From: Eubacteriales bacterium
GTDB lineage: Bacteria > Bacillota > Clostridia > Oscillospirales > CAG-272
Length of the DNA stretch: 64,000 bases
Direction of reading: 5' to 3'
NCBI GenBank assembly: GCA_045660325.1
Contig: JAZRDO010000005.1
Location: 56,474 to 120,473, forward strand
The notes under the pieces are model-generated. The model saw only the letters and a list, made by a program, of their open reading frames with translations, made no database searches and was not told the origin of the DNA. Made by a program: the position numbers and the translations under genes. Every line of letters begins with the position of its first letter. Position 1 is the stretch's first letter. Positions 36,835 through 46,008 of this stretch are shown here, in pieces.

Positions 36835-36847
36835 TCATTTTTGATGA

Positions 36848-37069
36848 TCAGTCTTCAATAGCTGCGCCTTCGAAGTTTACGTCAACTGCATCGAGCTGCT
36901 CGTCGATCAAATTGTCGATGGACTCAGAATCAAGCTTTTCTGCTTCCTTCTTCTTCTTCCAAAAGAAAATACCTGCAACAATAGCTGCGATAGAAGCCAA
37001 TACGGTAAGAATGATAAGAACTATCTTAATAGTCTTAATGTTTCTCTTTAATTTCTTGAAAAATTTCAT
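36848..37069 (-). CDS. Small single-pass membrane protein with acidic C-terminus
   Basis: 73 aa. RBS AAGGAGGA. One TM segment (IVLIILTVLASIAAIVAGIFFW) followed by KKKKE and an acidic tail. Confidence 0.55.
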   Translation of the reverse strand: MKFFKKLKRNIKTIKIVLIILTVLASIAAIVAGIFFWKKKKEAEKLDSESIDNLIDEQLDAVDVNFEGAAIED

Positions 37070-37168
37070 AAATATATCCTCCTTGATTAGTTATAATTTT
37101 CTCTATAATAATTATAAACAATAATTTTTGATTTGTCAATAGGTTGTTTTAATAATTGTTGAGATAAA

Positions 37169-38548
37169 TTAAGTATTTACAAGCTCTTTTACGTTACTGT
37201 AAAATATTTTTTCAGCAAGATTAATTATGTCATCGTCGTCTGCCACGGATCCTGTCGAATCCACCCAATCGCAAATTGCGGCAAGGTAAACCCTTCTCAC
37301 GGTTTCAAAATAAGACTTACACAAAATATTATCACTAAAAGACGGAACTCCCACAAGCTTACCGAGAGCTGACATTCTTGCGATACAGTCAAAGCTTGCA
37401 CGGATCTTTTTGGCGTCCACACAGTTTTTACCGTCGACACCGTATAAAAACTTAGGAGTATCGGTGCGGTTTCTATCCATCGCAAGCGTTATCTCATCAA
37501 GCGAGTCCGAATAAACAACGGTATTCGGAATAGCATCCTTTGAATTAAGATATTCAAGAAGCTTGAGCTGAGGAATTACTCCCCTCTTTTGTACGTTAAG
37601 CTTGCGCCAATAAGGAGAGTTCAATGAGATCTTAAGAATTGACGTAACGTATATTTTATAGTGCAAGCACCATCCGCGACGCTTGATCTCGTTAGCAATA
37701 AAGAATATAAACTCTGCTCTCCACTGCGCCACCTCATCAGCCGAAAGCTCACTTGAGCCCTTATTTATCGCCTTCTTCATAATAAGGTCGGCGTGATAAC
37801 GGTCGGGCTTAATGTAGCCACTAAGCACAAAGGAATCTATAAGAAAGCTTCGACATCCAATCCTATCAAACTCATCAAAAATTTTACTTACAGCGAGTCC
37901 AAGCGTATAGAAATCACGGATTTCCGTATCAGTTTTCTTTGAAAGCTCGGAAAGATAGTCTACAAATCTATCCTCCTCGATTTCAATTGCTCCTCTCATA
38001 CTGAGAACGGGATAAACCGCGGTCTTGCTTCCGTGTTTCTTGACGTCTTCAAAAACTGATACGTCACGAAGTCCGTCGGTCACGATATTTATGAACTCAA
38101 GATCAGCCATCTCAAGCAGCTTCATAGCGCGAATTTCATTGTTTTCAAGATAATCGGCTGTTATTCTCCATATTTCATCACAATTCGCAGGACAAATTTT
38201 AAGATCGCAGTCAAAATAATACTGAAGCTCAAAGTGTCTCTGCATATATACGAGATTACCGATAAGGTCGGGCATAACGTCACAGAAAGCCTTGAATTTT
38301 TCAAAATCGGATGCAGTTCCCGTTATATATTTTTCGTTTACACCCGCATAGCGCATGGCCTGACGCATCTTCTTGTTTGAATCAATAAAAAGCTCGGTTA
38401 TATTTGAATATCTCTTATTATTCGCTAAATCATCAATATTTATATTACTTATAAAATCAACGTTGGGCACATTAATTTCCTTCTGCAAATAAAGATCTCT
38501 TACACGTTTATTAGTCAAAAGAAAGCTTTCGTTAAAGTTTTCGTTCAT
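37169..38548 (-). CDS. Glucuronate isomerase (UxaC)-like protein, catalytic motifs apparently degenerate
   Basis: Start moved to MNENFNESFLLTNK (ATG 38546-38548); the ORF-track N-terminal 90 aa look non-coding. Co-linear similarity to UxaC: FLL..., AMR..GV.E.YITG.ASD.EKF.A, IGN..Y..H.EL. The HxH position reads DFISNI. Confidence 0.7.
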   Translation of the reverse strand: MNENFNESFLLTNKRVRDLYLQKEINVPNVDFISNINIDDLANNKRYSNITELFIDSNKKMRQAMRYAGVNEKYITGTASDFEKFKAFCDVMPDLIGNLVYMQRHFELQYYFDCDLKICPANCDEIWRITADYLENNEIRAMKLLEMADLEFINIVTDGLRDVSVFEDVKKHGSKTAVYPVLSMRGAIEIEEDRFVDYLSELSKKTDTEIRDFYTLGLAVSKIFDEFDRIGCRSFLIDSFVLSGYIKPDRYHADLIMKKAINKGSSELSADEVAQWRAEFIFFIANEIKRRGWCLHYKIYVTSILKISLNSPYWRKLNVQKRGVIPQLKLLEYLNSKDAIPNTVVYSDSLDEITLAMDRNRTDTPKFLYGVDGKNCVDAKKIRASFDCIARMSALGKLVGVPSFSDNILCKSYFETVRRVYLAAICDWVDSTGSVADDDDIINLAEKIFYSNVKELVNT

Positions 38549-38744
38549 GTCTGTTCGGTCCTTAATATATATAATTATTCGTAAAATCATCGTTAAAATT
38601 ACACGCTTACCCAATAATTTTACCATATTATACATAACAATGCAACATATTTTTATATTTTTTCTAAAAATATATATACAACCGAGAATTTTTGTGGTAA
38701 AATAGAATATATGATTACGATTATTCAAAAGAAGGTACACACGA

Positions 38745-40355
38745 ATGGAAATGACAAACTTCAGTCTTATATATCCCTCGCTTGAAGTGAAGAATTTACA
38801 TCTTGCAGGTAAGCTCACTCCTGATATTGATATGTATACTCTTCAGGAGCTTGGTATGCTTGAAATATTCAACCTTAAAAGCTCCGAGCTTTGCGAATAT
38901 TTCACCGTATCCCCCGAGGTTATGAAGTACCGCAATCTCACCTTCGAGGATATGCTTGAGAATCCTTCACTTGCCACAACGCTCAACAAGCTCATACCTA
39001 TTTTAACTGACATCACCGAGCTTCGCAGACTTGAAGCTGACAGCGGTGAGAATGAGGATTATCTTGCAAGTATAACCGAGATAGAGCTTTACATAAACTG
39101 TATTGAGACTTTGAACTCGGGTCTGTCTAAGGTGCGCGACAATTTAAAGAGCCCCGCGTTTATCGCTTTGTCTGATAAAATACGCGAGCTCGTTGAATCT
39201 GATTACTACAAAGAGCTCAACCGCAAGCTTGCCGACCTTACCAAGCGCGTACGCGAGATCAAAAGCGTTACTATCGGTGTAAACCTTGACGCTCAGCTCC
39301 GCCCTGCAAGTGCAGGTGTGCTCTCCGTAAATGCCGAAAGCTTCAAATCGGGCGACGTGCTTGACAAGATCCTACGACTCAGCTTCAAGGACGACGAATA
39401 TACCTGTATTGCGAATCTCGTTCCCTTCGGCAAAAAGCAGTCCGAAACTCAACAAACCGCGCTTTCTAACGCGTTTAATTCCGCAATAAATGACGTATAC
39501 AAATCTTCTCTTAAATCGTGGAAGAAGATAGTTCAGTCATACGTTCTTGAAAACACCGATTTCCTTATTGAAATTATGCCCGAAATCGAATTCTTGGTTA
39601 AGGGCACCGAGCTTCAGGCAAGACTTCGCGACAAGGGATATGAATTAACCTCGCCCGAAATTATGCCGATGAGCGAAAAAACCTTCGTAGCAACCGACCT
39701 CTATAACCCCGCAGTTGCATTAAAGCTCCGCGAGGGCGAGGAAATAGTGCCGAATGACGTTGATTTCGACTCCGAAAATGCATTTATATACGTTTTGACA
39801 GGCCCTAACCGCGGCGGTAAATCCGTTATTACCTGCGCGCTCGGTCTGGCGGTGTCTATGATGCAGCTCGGTATGTTTGTACCCGCTAAGAGTGCTAAAA
39901 TAAGTCCTGTCGATGCAATATTCACTCACTTCCCCACAGGCGCTGACGATACGATCGATAAGGGCCGTCTCGGTGAAGAGTGCGCACGTCTTGGCGAGAT
40001 CTTCGATTGCGTTACTCCCGAGTCACTTGTATTACTTGACGAATCTCTCTCCTCTACAGGCTCCTTTGAAGGCTCATACATTGCAGCAGAGGTGCTCTCG
40101 GGCATTTCAATGGTTGGTTGCCGTTGCCTCTTTGCGACACACCTTCACGAGCTTGCTGCAGAGATCGGCAGAATCAACGACACAACAACTAAGGCAGGCG
40201 GCGCACGAATTGACACGCTTATCGCAGGAATTGAAGAAGGTCAACGCTCCTTCAAGATCTATCGCGCAAAGCCCGACGGAAAGTCCTACGCCCGCGATAT
40301 TGCCGAGAGATACGGTCTCACATACGAAAACATCTTAAAGAAAATAAAGCAATAA
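38745..40355 (+). CDS. MutS-family ATPase lacking the mismatch-recognition and Smr domains
   Basis: 536 aa. Walker A LTGPNRGGKS, Walker B LVLLDESLSSTG and the ATHLHEL motif of MutS domain V. The N-terminal ~330 aa are helical and uncharacterised. The protein ends right after the ATPase domain. Confidence 0.8.
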   Translation: MEMTNFSLIYPSLEVKNLHLAGKLTPDIDMYTLQELGMLEIFNLKSSELCEYFTVSPEVMKYRNLTFEDMLENPSLATTLNKLIPILTDITELRRLEADSGENEDYLASITEIELYINCIETLNSGLSKVRDNLKSPAFIALSDKIRELVESDYYKELNRKLADLTKRVREIKSVTIGVNLDAQLRPASAGVLSVNAESFKSGDVLDKILRLSFKDDEYTCIANLVPFGKKQSETQQTALSNAFNSAINDVYKSSLKSWKKIVQSYVLENTDFLIEIMPEIEFLVKGTELQARLRDKGYELTSPEIMPMSEKTFVATDLYNPAVALKLREGEEIVPNDVDFDSENAFIYVLTGPNRGGKSVITCALGLAVSMMQLGMFVPAKSAKISPVDAIFTHFPTGADDTIDKGRLGEECARLGEIFDCVTPESLVLLDESLSSTGSFEGSYIAAEVLSGISMVGCRCLFATHLHELAAEIGRINDTTTKAGGARIDTLIAGIEEGQRSFKIYRAKPDGKSYARDIAERYGLTYENILKKIKQ

Positions 40356-40356
40356 A

Positions 40357-40388
40357 TAAAAGTCCCGAGAATCTCGGGACTTTTTATA
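40357..40388. terminator. Bidirectional terminator (MutS-like / kinase-like gene)
   Basis: AGTCCCGAG-AAT-CTCGGGACT flanked by AAAA and TTTT. Confidence 0.85.
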
Positions 40389-40970
40389 TTAAAATATGTG
40401 AGGAGTATTGTAATCCTCGGGATTTTCAAGATATTTTGCGTGATTATCAACGATAAGAGCTACAACCTCGTCGGGAGTTTTTGTCGTGGTATCTATTACG
40501 ATATTGAAGTTATTGTAGTCGTAATAATCAACTCCGTAGATATCCTTAAATCTTGCTCTCTCGATTCGGCTTCTTTCAACAAGCTTCATGCATGCTTCAT
40601 CAATGCACTCATACTTTTCCTCGTCACCGCGCTGATTCTTCATAACGCGGCATGCTGCCTCCTCGGGCTCAATTGTCAAGAATATCTTAAAGGTATCCTT
40701 TGCAAAGTGCCACGCCATACGGGAGTCAAAAATGAGCTTTTCGTCGTGTCTCTCGATAGAAATCTTAGTTACCATATTATCAATTTCAGCGTCAAGATTA
40801 GGATGCTCCGCCATTCTCTGATTGAGCTCAAGCGTGGAAATTCCAAGACCTCTGGCATATTCTCTTTGAACAGCACCTGTGCTGTATATCTGGAAGCCGT
40901 ATCTTTCCTTCAAAATATTGCAAACCGTGGATTTTCCGCTACCGAGACGGCCCGTAATTGACATCAACAT
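40389..40970 (-). CDS. Cytidylate kinase-like family P-loop protein
   Basis: 193 aa. P-loop ITGRLGSGKSTV near the N-terminus. The size and layout fit the cytidylate-kinase-like family, not canonical Cmk. Confidence 0.65.
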   Translation of the reverse strand: MLMSITGRLGSGKSTVCNILKERYGFQIYSTGAVQREYARGLGISTLELNQRMAEHPNLDAEIDNMVTKISIERHDEKLIFDSRMAWHFAKDTFKIFLTIEPEEAACRVMKNQRGDEEKYECIDEACMKLVERSRIERARFKDIYGVDYYDYNNFNIVIDTTTKTPDEVVALIVDNHAKYLENPEDYNTPHIF

Positions 40971-41173
40971 AAGAACACCCCTAAAATTCGTCTTTTAAAA
41001 AAGTATATTACTATTATACTACTATTTTCAGAAAAATCAAGTCTTTTTTCTCTTTTTTGAGTAACAAATATTTATTTCGTTATTTTTTACAACAGCACAT
41101 TAAAATTTACTTGAAAAAATTTAATTTTTATTATATAATATATTTAGAATATTAATTTTGGAGATAAAATGAT

Positions 41174-42568
41174 ATGAAAGGCTTAAAAACCGTATTTATC
41201 TGCTCGGAATGTCAGCATCAAACGGTAAAGTGGATGGGTAAATGTCCCTCCTGCGGCAAATGGAACACTTTTGTTGAGGATGTAATTGACACAAGAGCTG
41301 AGGAAAAGCAAAGCGAAACAAAAAGACGCTCCCCCATTTCCATTACTAAGGGAGGATCTGCTATTTCCTATAACGAGCTTCAGATTCCCGATTATATCCG
41401 TTCCAAAACGGGCTTAAACGAGCTTGACCGTGTGCTTGGCGGCGGTCTCGTTCACGGCTCCGTTGTACTTATTTCGGGTGAGCCCGGCATCGGTAAATCA
41501 ACCCTCCTTATGCAGATATCCGACGCGCTCGGACAGAGCAAGAAGGTGCTTTACGTTTCGGGAGAGGAATCGGGCGGTCAGCTCAAACTTCGCGCCAAGA
41601 GACTCGGAGTGATTGGACATAACCTCTATATCTTAACTGAAACAAATATTGAAAACATAATCGAGCAAACCGATAAGATCAAGCCCGACGTTATTATAAT
41701 TGACTCTATTCAGACAATTTACAGCGACGAGATACGCTCAGCACCCGGTAGCATAACACAGGTAAGAGAATGCGCACTTTCCTTTATAAACAAAGCAAAA
41801 ATGGAAGGCATCTCAATGCTTATCGTAGGACACGTCAATAAGGAAGGCGGCATAGCGGGACCCAAGGTGCTCGAGCACATGGTTGACGCAGTTTTATGCT
41901 TTGAGGGTGAAAAACTCCAATCCTACAGAATCATTCGCGCCAACAAAAACCGCTTCGGCTCCACTAACGAAATCGGAGTCTTTGAAATGGCTGATAAGGG
42001 TCTTATCGAAATTGAAAATCCCTCCGAGATGCTCCTTTCGGGCAGACCCGTCAACACTCCCGGTAACTGCGCGGTTTGTACTATTGAGGGCACACGTCCC
42101 ATTATCGCCGAAATTCAGGCTCTCGTGTCTCCCACGTCCTTCCCCGCGCCGCGAAGAACATCAAATGGCGTTGACTACAACCGTCTCTGCTTGATCATCG
42201 CGGTTCTTGAAAAGAGACTCGGTCTCAAGTTCTATCAGAACGACGTTTACGTAAACGTTATCGGCGGTCTTCATGTCGACGAGCCCGCAACCGACGCTTC
42301 GATTGCTCTTGCTTTGATCTCTTCCCTTACCGATAGATGCGTTCCCGATGACCTTATTGCGATCGGCGAGCTCGGTCTCTCGGGCGAATGTCGCGCGGTA
42401 TCAAATCTTGAACAGAGAGTAAAGGAAGCTGCACGCCTCGGATTCACTAAGGCTATTGTTCCCTATAAAAACATTGAAAAACGCCCCATAGATACAAATA
42501 TTGAGATAATTCCAATTCACAGTATCTACGAAGCGATCTCCGTTCTTAAAAAACAAAACCAAGACTAA
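41174..42568 (+). CDS. radA: DNA repair protein RadA
   Basis: N-terminal zinc finger CSECQHQ...CPSCGKW, Walker A GEPGIGKST, KNRFG motif and a Lon-like C-terminal domain. Confidence 0.95.
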   Translation: MKGLKTVFICSECQHQTVKWMGKCPSCGKWNTFVEDVIDTRAEEKQSETKRRSPISITKGGSAISYNELQIPDYIRSKTGLNELDRVLGGGLVHGSVVLISGEPGIGKSTLLMQISDALGQSKKVLYVSGEESGGQLKLRAKRLGVIGHNLYILTETNIENIIEQTDKIKPDVIIIDSIQTIYSDEIRSAPGSITQVRECALSFINKAKMEGISMLIVGHVNKEGGIAGPKVLEHMVDAVLCFEGEKLQSYRIIRANKNRFGSTNEIGVFEMADKGLIEIENPSEMLLSGRPVNTPGNCAVCTIEGTRPIIAEIQALVSPTSFPAPRRTSNGVDYNRLCLIIAVLEKRLGLKFYQNDVYVNVIGGLHVDEPATDASIALALISSLTDRCVPDDLIAIGELGLSGECRAVSNLEQRVKEAARLGFTKAIVPYKNIEKRPIDTNIEIIPIHSIYEAISVLKKQNQD

Positions 42569-42569
42569 A

Positions 42570-42603
42570 CAAAAACACCGACGCAAGTCGGTGTTTTATT
42601 TTT
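42570..42603. terminator. Bidirectional terminator (radA / SDR gene)
   Basis: ACACCGAC-GCAA-GTCGGTGT flanked by AAAAA and TTTTATTTTTT. Confidence 0.85.
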
Positions 42604-43415
42604 TATACGCCTGAATATGCGGAAAAACCGCCATCAACGGGAATAACAACACCCGTAACAAACGAGGACATCGTTGGATCGGTCAAAAATTTCAGTACGC
42701 CCAAAAGCTCCTCGGGCTGACCGAAGCGCCCCATAGGAGTCGCATTTAATATCTTTTCCTCGCGAGGAGTAAGTATATTATCATAATTTTCCTTTTCATT
42801 TTCAAGGAATCCGGGCGCTATTGCATTAACTCTGATACCCGCCTTTGCGAAATGTACGGCAAGCCATCGGGTAAAGTTGGTAAGAGCCGCCTTTGCGGAG
42901 CCGTAAACAGGATTCTTTGTCATAGGTGAGAGCGCGTCCATAGACGTAATATTTACAACAGAACAACCGTCCCCGTCAATCATATCTCTTGCAAAAACCT
43001 GTGTAGGAATCAGAACACCCTTCATATTGAGGTCAAATACAAAATCGTATCCGGGACTGTCAAGATTGAAAAACGTAGGGATATCGTCTCTCTTTTCGTC
43101 GCCCGACTCGTAATATTCGTGAGCAGTTGAGGCACTTCTGATATTACCGCCTGCGCCATTGATAAGAACTGTACATTTGCCAAGCTCAAGTGAAATTTGC
43201 TTTCTTATATTTTCAAGCTCGTCGCGGTCAAGTACGTCGGCGCAATACGCCTTCGCAAGTCCTCCATACATACAAACCTCGGCAGCGCATCTCTCTGCCG
43301 CTTCTTCATTTATATCAATAAGTGCCACTGCATAGCCGTTCTTTGCCATTTCGTGAGCAAATGCGGAGCACAAAACGCCGCCCGCGCCTGTAATTACACA
43401 AACCTTTGTTTTCAT
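42603..43415 (-). CDS. SDR family oxidoreductase
   Basis: Start moved to MKTKVCVITGAGGVLCS (ATG 43413-43415). TGxxGxxG cofactor motif, NGAG and YGSAK catalytic motifs. Confidence 0.85.
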   Translation of the reverse strand: MKTKVCVITGAGGVLCSAFAHEMAKNGYAVALIDINEEAAERCAAEVCMYGGLAKAYCADVLDRDELENIRKQISLELGKCTVLINGAGGNIRSASTAHEYYESGDEKRDDIPTFFNLDSPGYDFVFDLNMKGVLIPTQVFARDMIDGDGCSVVNITSMDALSPMTKNPVYGSAKAALTNFTRWLAVHFAKAGIRVNAIAPGFLENEKENYDNILTPREEKILNATPMGRFGQPEELLGVLKFLTDPTMSSFVTGVVIPVDGGFSAYSGV

Positions 43416-43627
43416 TACTACACCCCCTGCTTTTACTGATGTCATTATACCACAAATTTCTAAAAAAGTAAAGGCGGACTTTATCGAAATTTAAATATTT
43501 GTGCAATTCATCAATTGACTTTTTAAGGAAAATAGTGTAGAATGGATTATGTATAGTATTGTTAAAATGCGAAATACTAAGCTTTATTTGACAATACACA
43601 ATAAATATTATATTTACGGAGAATCAA

Positions 43628-45415
43628 ATGGACATTTTCTTGTTAATTTGCGGTCTTGCCCTCTTCCTGTTCGGTATGGACGTAATGGGAAATTCTCTTA
43701 AAAAGAGCGCGGGACGTAAGCTTAAAACCATTCTCGGCAAATTGACCTCAAGCAAGCTCAAGGGCTTTATTTTAGGCCTTGGCGTAACTGCAATTATCCA
43801 GTCATCATCCGCAACCACCGTTATGGTTGTCGGCTTTGTTAACTCGGGCACGATGCTTCTCTCCCAAGCGATCAGCGTTATTATGGGCGCGAACGTCGGT
43901 ACTGCAGTTACCGCATGGATCACCGCCTTAAACGGCATTGACGGTGCTTCAAGCGCGATTGCTATTCTCAAATATTGTAAGCCTGATTACTGGATGCCCT
44001 TCCTTGCTCTTATAGGTATAGTGCTTATAATGTTTGCTAAGAGAGATAAATACAAGGATATCGGTACTATCCTTATGGGCTTTGCGGTACTTATGACCGG
44101 TATGACACTTATGTCTGACGGTGTATCTGCACTTAAGGATAATGAAGCCTTCAAAAATCTCCTCACAATATTCAATAATCCCATCCTCGGCGTTCTTGCA
44201 GGTACAATTCTTACCGCAATAGTTCAGTCCTCCTCGGCATCTATCGGTATTTTGCAGGCATTGTCCGCCACGGGTGCTATTAACTTCTCAATGGCAATTC
44301 CGATCATTCTCGGTCAGAATATCGGTACTTGCATTACAGCTATGCTCTCCTCTCTTGGCGCAAACAAGAACGGTAAGAGAACAGCTGTTGTACATTTGCT
44401 CTTTAACGTCATAGGCGTTACCTTCTGGCTTGGAATGTATTACCTTGTAGGTTGGATTCTTCAGCTTACAGGCGCATTTGATGTATTTGCGTTGGCTGAA
44501 GCTAGCAGTATCAACATGTGGGGTATCGCAATTGTTCATACAACGTTCAAGATACTCGCGGTTGCTCTTATGTGGCCCTTTACAAAGCTTCTTGAAAAGC
44601 TTGCTTGTGCAATCATCCGCGGCGAAGATAAGAAGGGCGACGAGTTCACAAACAAGCTCGACGAAAGACTTCTCGACACTCCCTCTATCGCAATTGAAAC
44701 AAGCCGTGAGGTTGCTTGTAATATGGCGAAGATATCAACTGAAGCGCTTAAATCATCCATTTCTCTTATTGACAACTACGACACGAAGGTAGCTGCAACC
44801 GTTAAAGATATCGAAGACAAGGCAGATATTTATGAAGACGTTATCGGATCTTACCTTGTTAAGATCACTTCCAACAGCATGACTGACGCGGATAGCCACG
44901 AGATCACAAAGCTTCTTCATATGATCGGCGACCTTGAAAGAATCTCCGACCACGCCGCTAACCTCGTTGAATCCGCCGAAGAGCTTAAGGATAAGAATCT
45001 TCAGTTCTCCGACTCGGCAAAGCAGGAACTCGCTGTTCTCTACGCGGCAGTTTCCGAAATCGTTGACATCACAAGAGATGCATTTATCGATAATAACCTC
45101 GAGCTTGCCGCAAGAGTTGAGCCTCTCGAACAGGTTGTAGATGATCTTAAGGAAAATATCCGTCGCGAACATATTGTTCGTCTCCAGAAATCCGAATGTA
45201 CAATCGAGCACGGCTTCGTTCTCTCGGATATTCTTACAAACCTTGAGCGCGTATCCGACCACTGCTCCAATATCGCGGGCTGTCTTATCGAAATGACTAA
45301 GCACGACACTCTTGATCTTCACGGCTATCTCCACGACGTTAAGATCGGTAGCGAAGGCTTTAACAGACTTTACGCAGAATATACTGAAAAGTATAAGCTT
45401 CCCACAAACAATTAA
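43628..45415 (+). CDS. Na/Pi cotransporter family protein with C-terminal PhoU-like domains
   Basis: 595 aa. Duplicated QSSSAT / QSSSAS transporter repeats, then two RISDHA / RVSDHC PhoU-type helices. Confidence 0.88.
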   Translation: MDIFLLICGLALFLFGMDVMGNSLKKSAGRKLKTILGKLTSSKLKGFILGLGVTAIIQSSSATTVMVVGFVNSGTMLLSQAISVIMGANVGTAVTAWITALNGIDGASSAIAILKYCKPDYWMPFLALIGIVLIMFAKRDKYKDIGTILMGFAVLMTGMTLMSDGVSALKDNEAFKNLLTIFNNPILGVLAGTILTAIVQSSSASIGILQALSATGAINFSMAIPIILGQNIGTCITAMLSSLGANKNGKRTAVVHLLFNVIGVTFWLGMYYLVGWILQLTGAFDVFALAEASSINMWGIAIVHTTFKILAVALMWPFTKLLEKLACAIIRGEDKKGDEFTNKLDERLLDTPSIAIETSREVACNMAKISTEALKSSISLIDNYDTKVAATVKDIEDKADIYEDVIGSYLVKITSNSMTDADSHEITKLLHMIGDLERISDHAANLVESAEELKDKNLQFSDSAKQELAVLYAAVSEIVDITRDAFIDNNLELAARVEPLEQVVDDLKENIRREHIVRLQKSECTIEHGFVLSDILTNLERVSDHCSNIAGCLIEMTKHDTLDLHGYLHDVKIGSEGFNRLYAEYTEKYKLPTNN

Positions 45416-45417
45416 AA

Positions 45418-45452
45418 CTAGACGGTTGCACATTACGTGCAACCGTTTTTTA
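45418..45452. terminator. Bidirectional terminator (Na/Pi transporter / TspO-like gene)
   Basis: ACGGTTGCAC-ATTAC-GTGCAACCGT followed by TTTTT. Confidence 0.85.
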
Positions 45453-45950
45453 TATTTTAAATAGTATTATTAAATTCAAAATATACAAATACGCCGACCA
45501 AATTATAAACGGCATATAAAACAAAGAGTACACAAGTGAAACTCGCACCCAAAATATCAATGTCAATATCGAGAATATCGATGACAAAAGTGCTAAGATC
45601 AAAGACAACAGAGGCATCTGGATATAAAATAGCGCAGGATACCAGAAAAGGCACAAAAAGCAGGATATACTGGAAAATACTGCGCCCTTTAAAAAGATAT
45701 TTTCAATTTGTAATGAGCATTTCCCCTCCAGAATATCCCTAACAAATAACCCCGCGCTTACACCTGAAAGAAATAAGCATAGAAGATACAAGGACGAGAA
45801 TATCCATATCGGCGGAAAGCTTACTTTCATTGAAACAATATGCAAAAAATCATAATTTCTTTTGAAAATCAGCAATTCTACTAAATAGCAAAGCATCAAC
45901 GCTCCGCCAAAAATTACGGGAATTATCCAGCTGTCTTTCTTTATCTTCAT
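45450..45950 (-). CDS. TspO/MBR-like five-TM membrane protein (tentative)
   Basis: 166 aa. KVSFPPIWIFSSLYLL and LFWYPALFY resemble TspO motifs (KP..PP.W.F..W..LY and W...FF). Weak similarity only. Confidence 0.45.
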   Translation of the reverse strand: MKIKKDSWIIPVIFGGALMLCYLVELLIFKRNYDFLHIVSMKVSFPPIWIFSSLYLLCLFLSGVSAGLFVRDILEGKCSLQIENIFLKGAVFSSISCFLCLFWYPALFYIQMPLLSLILALLSSIFSILTLIFWVRVSLVYSLFYMPFIIWSAYLYILNLIILFKI

Positions 45951-46008
45951 CTCTACCTCTGATAAATATCTTTGAGGTATTTTATGCTTTCAATAAGGCT
46001 TATATGAT

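Noticed and set aside
38549-38818. 90-aa N-terminal extension of the UxaC-like ORF in the ORF track
   Set aside because: The extension is Ile/Leu/Tyr-rich translation of AT-rich intergenic DNA and overlaps the divergent MutS-like gene start. Similarity to UxaC begins at the internal MNENFNESFLL.
40398-40961. 187-aa plus-strand ORF opposite the cytidylate-kinase-like gene
   Set aside because: It is a codon-aligned shadow ORF. The minus-strand frame has a P-loop, an RBS and a terminator.
44753-45442. 229-aa minus-strand ORF opposite the PhoU-like part of the Na/Pi transporter gene
   Set aside because: It is a codon-aligned shadow ORF with no RBS. The plus-strand protein continues through its recognisable PhoU-like domains.
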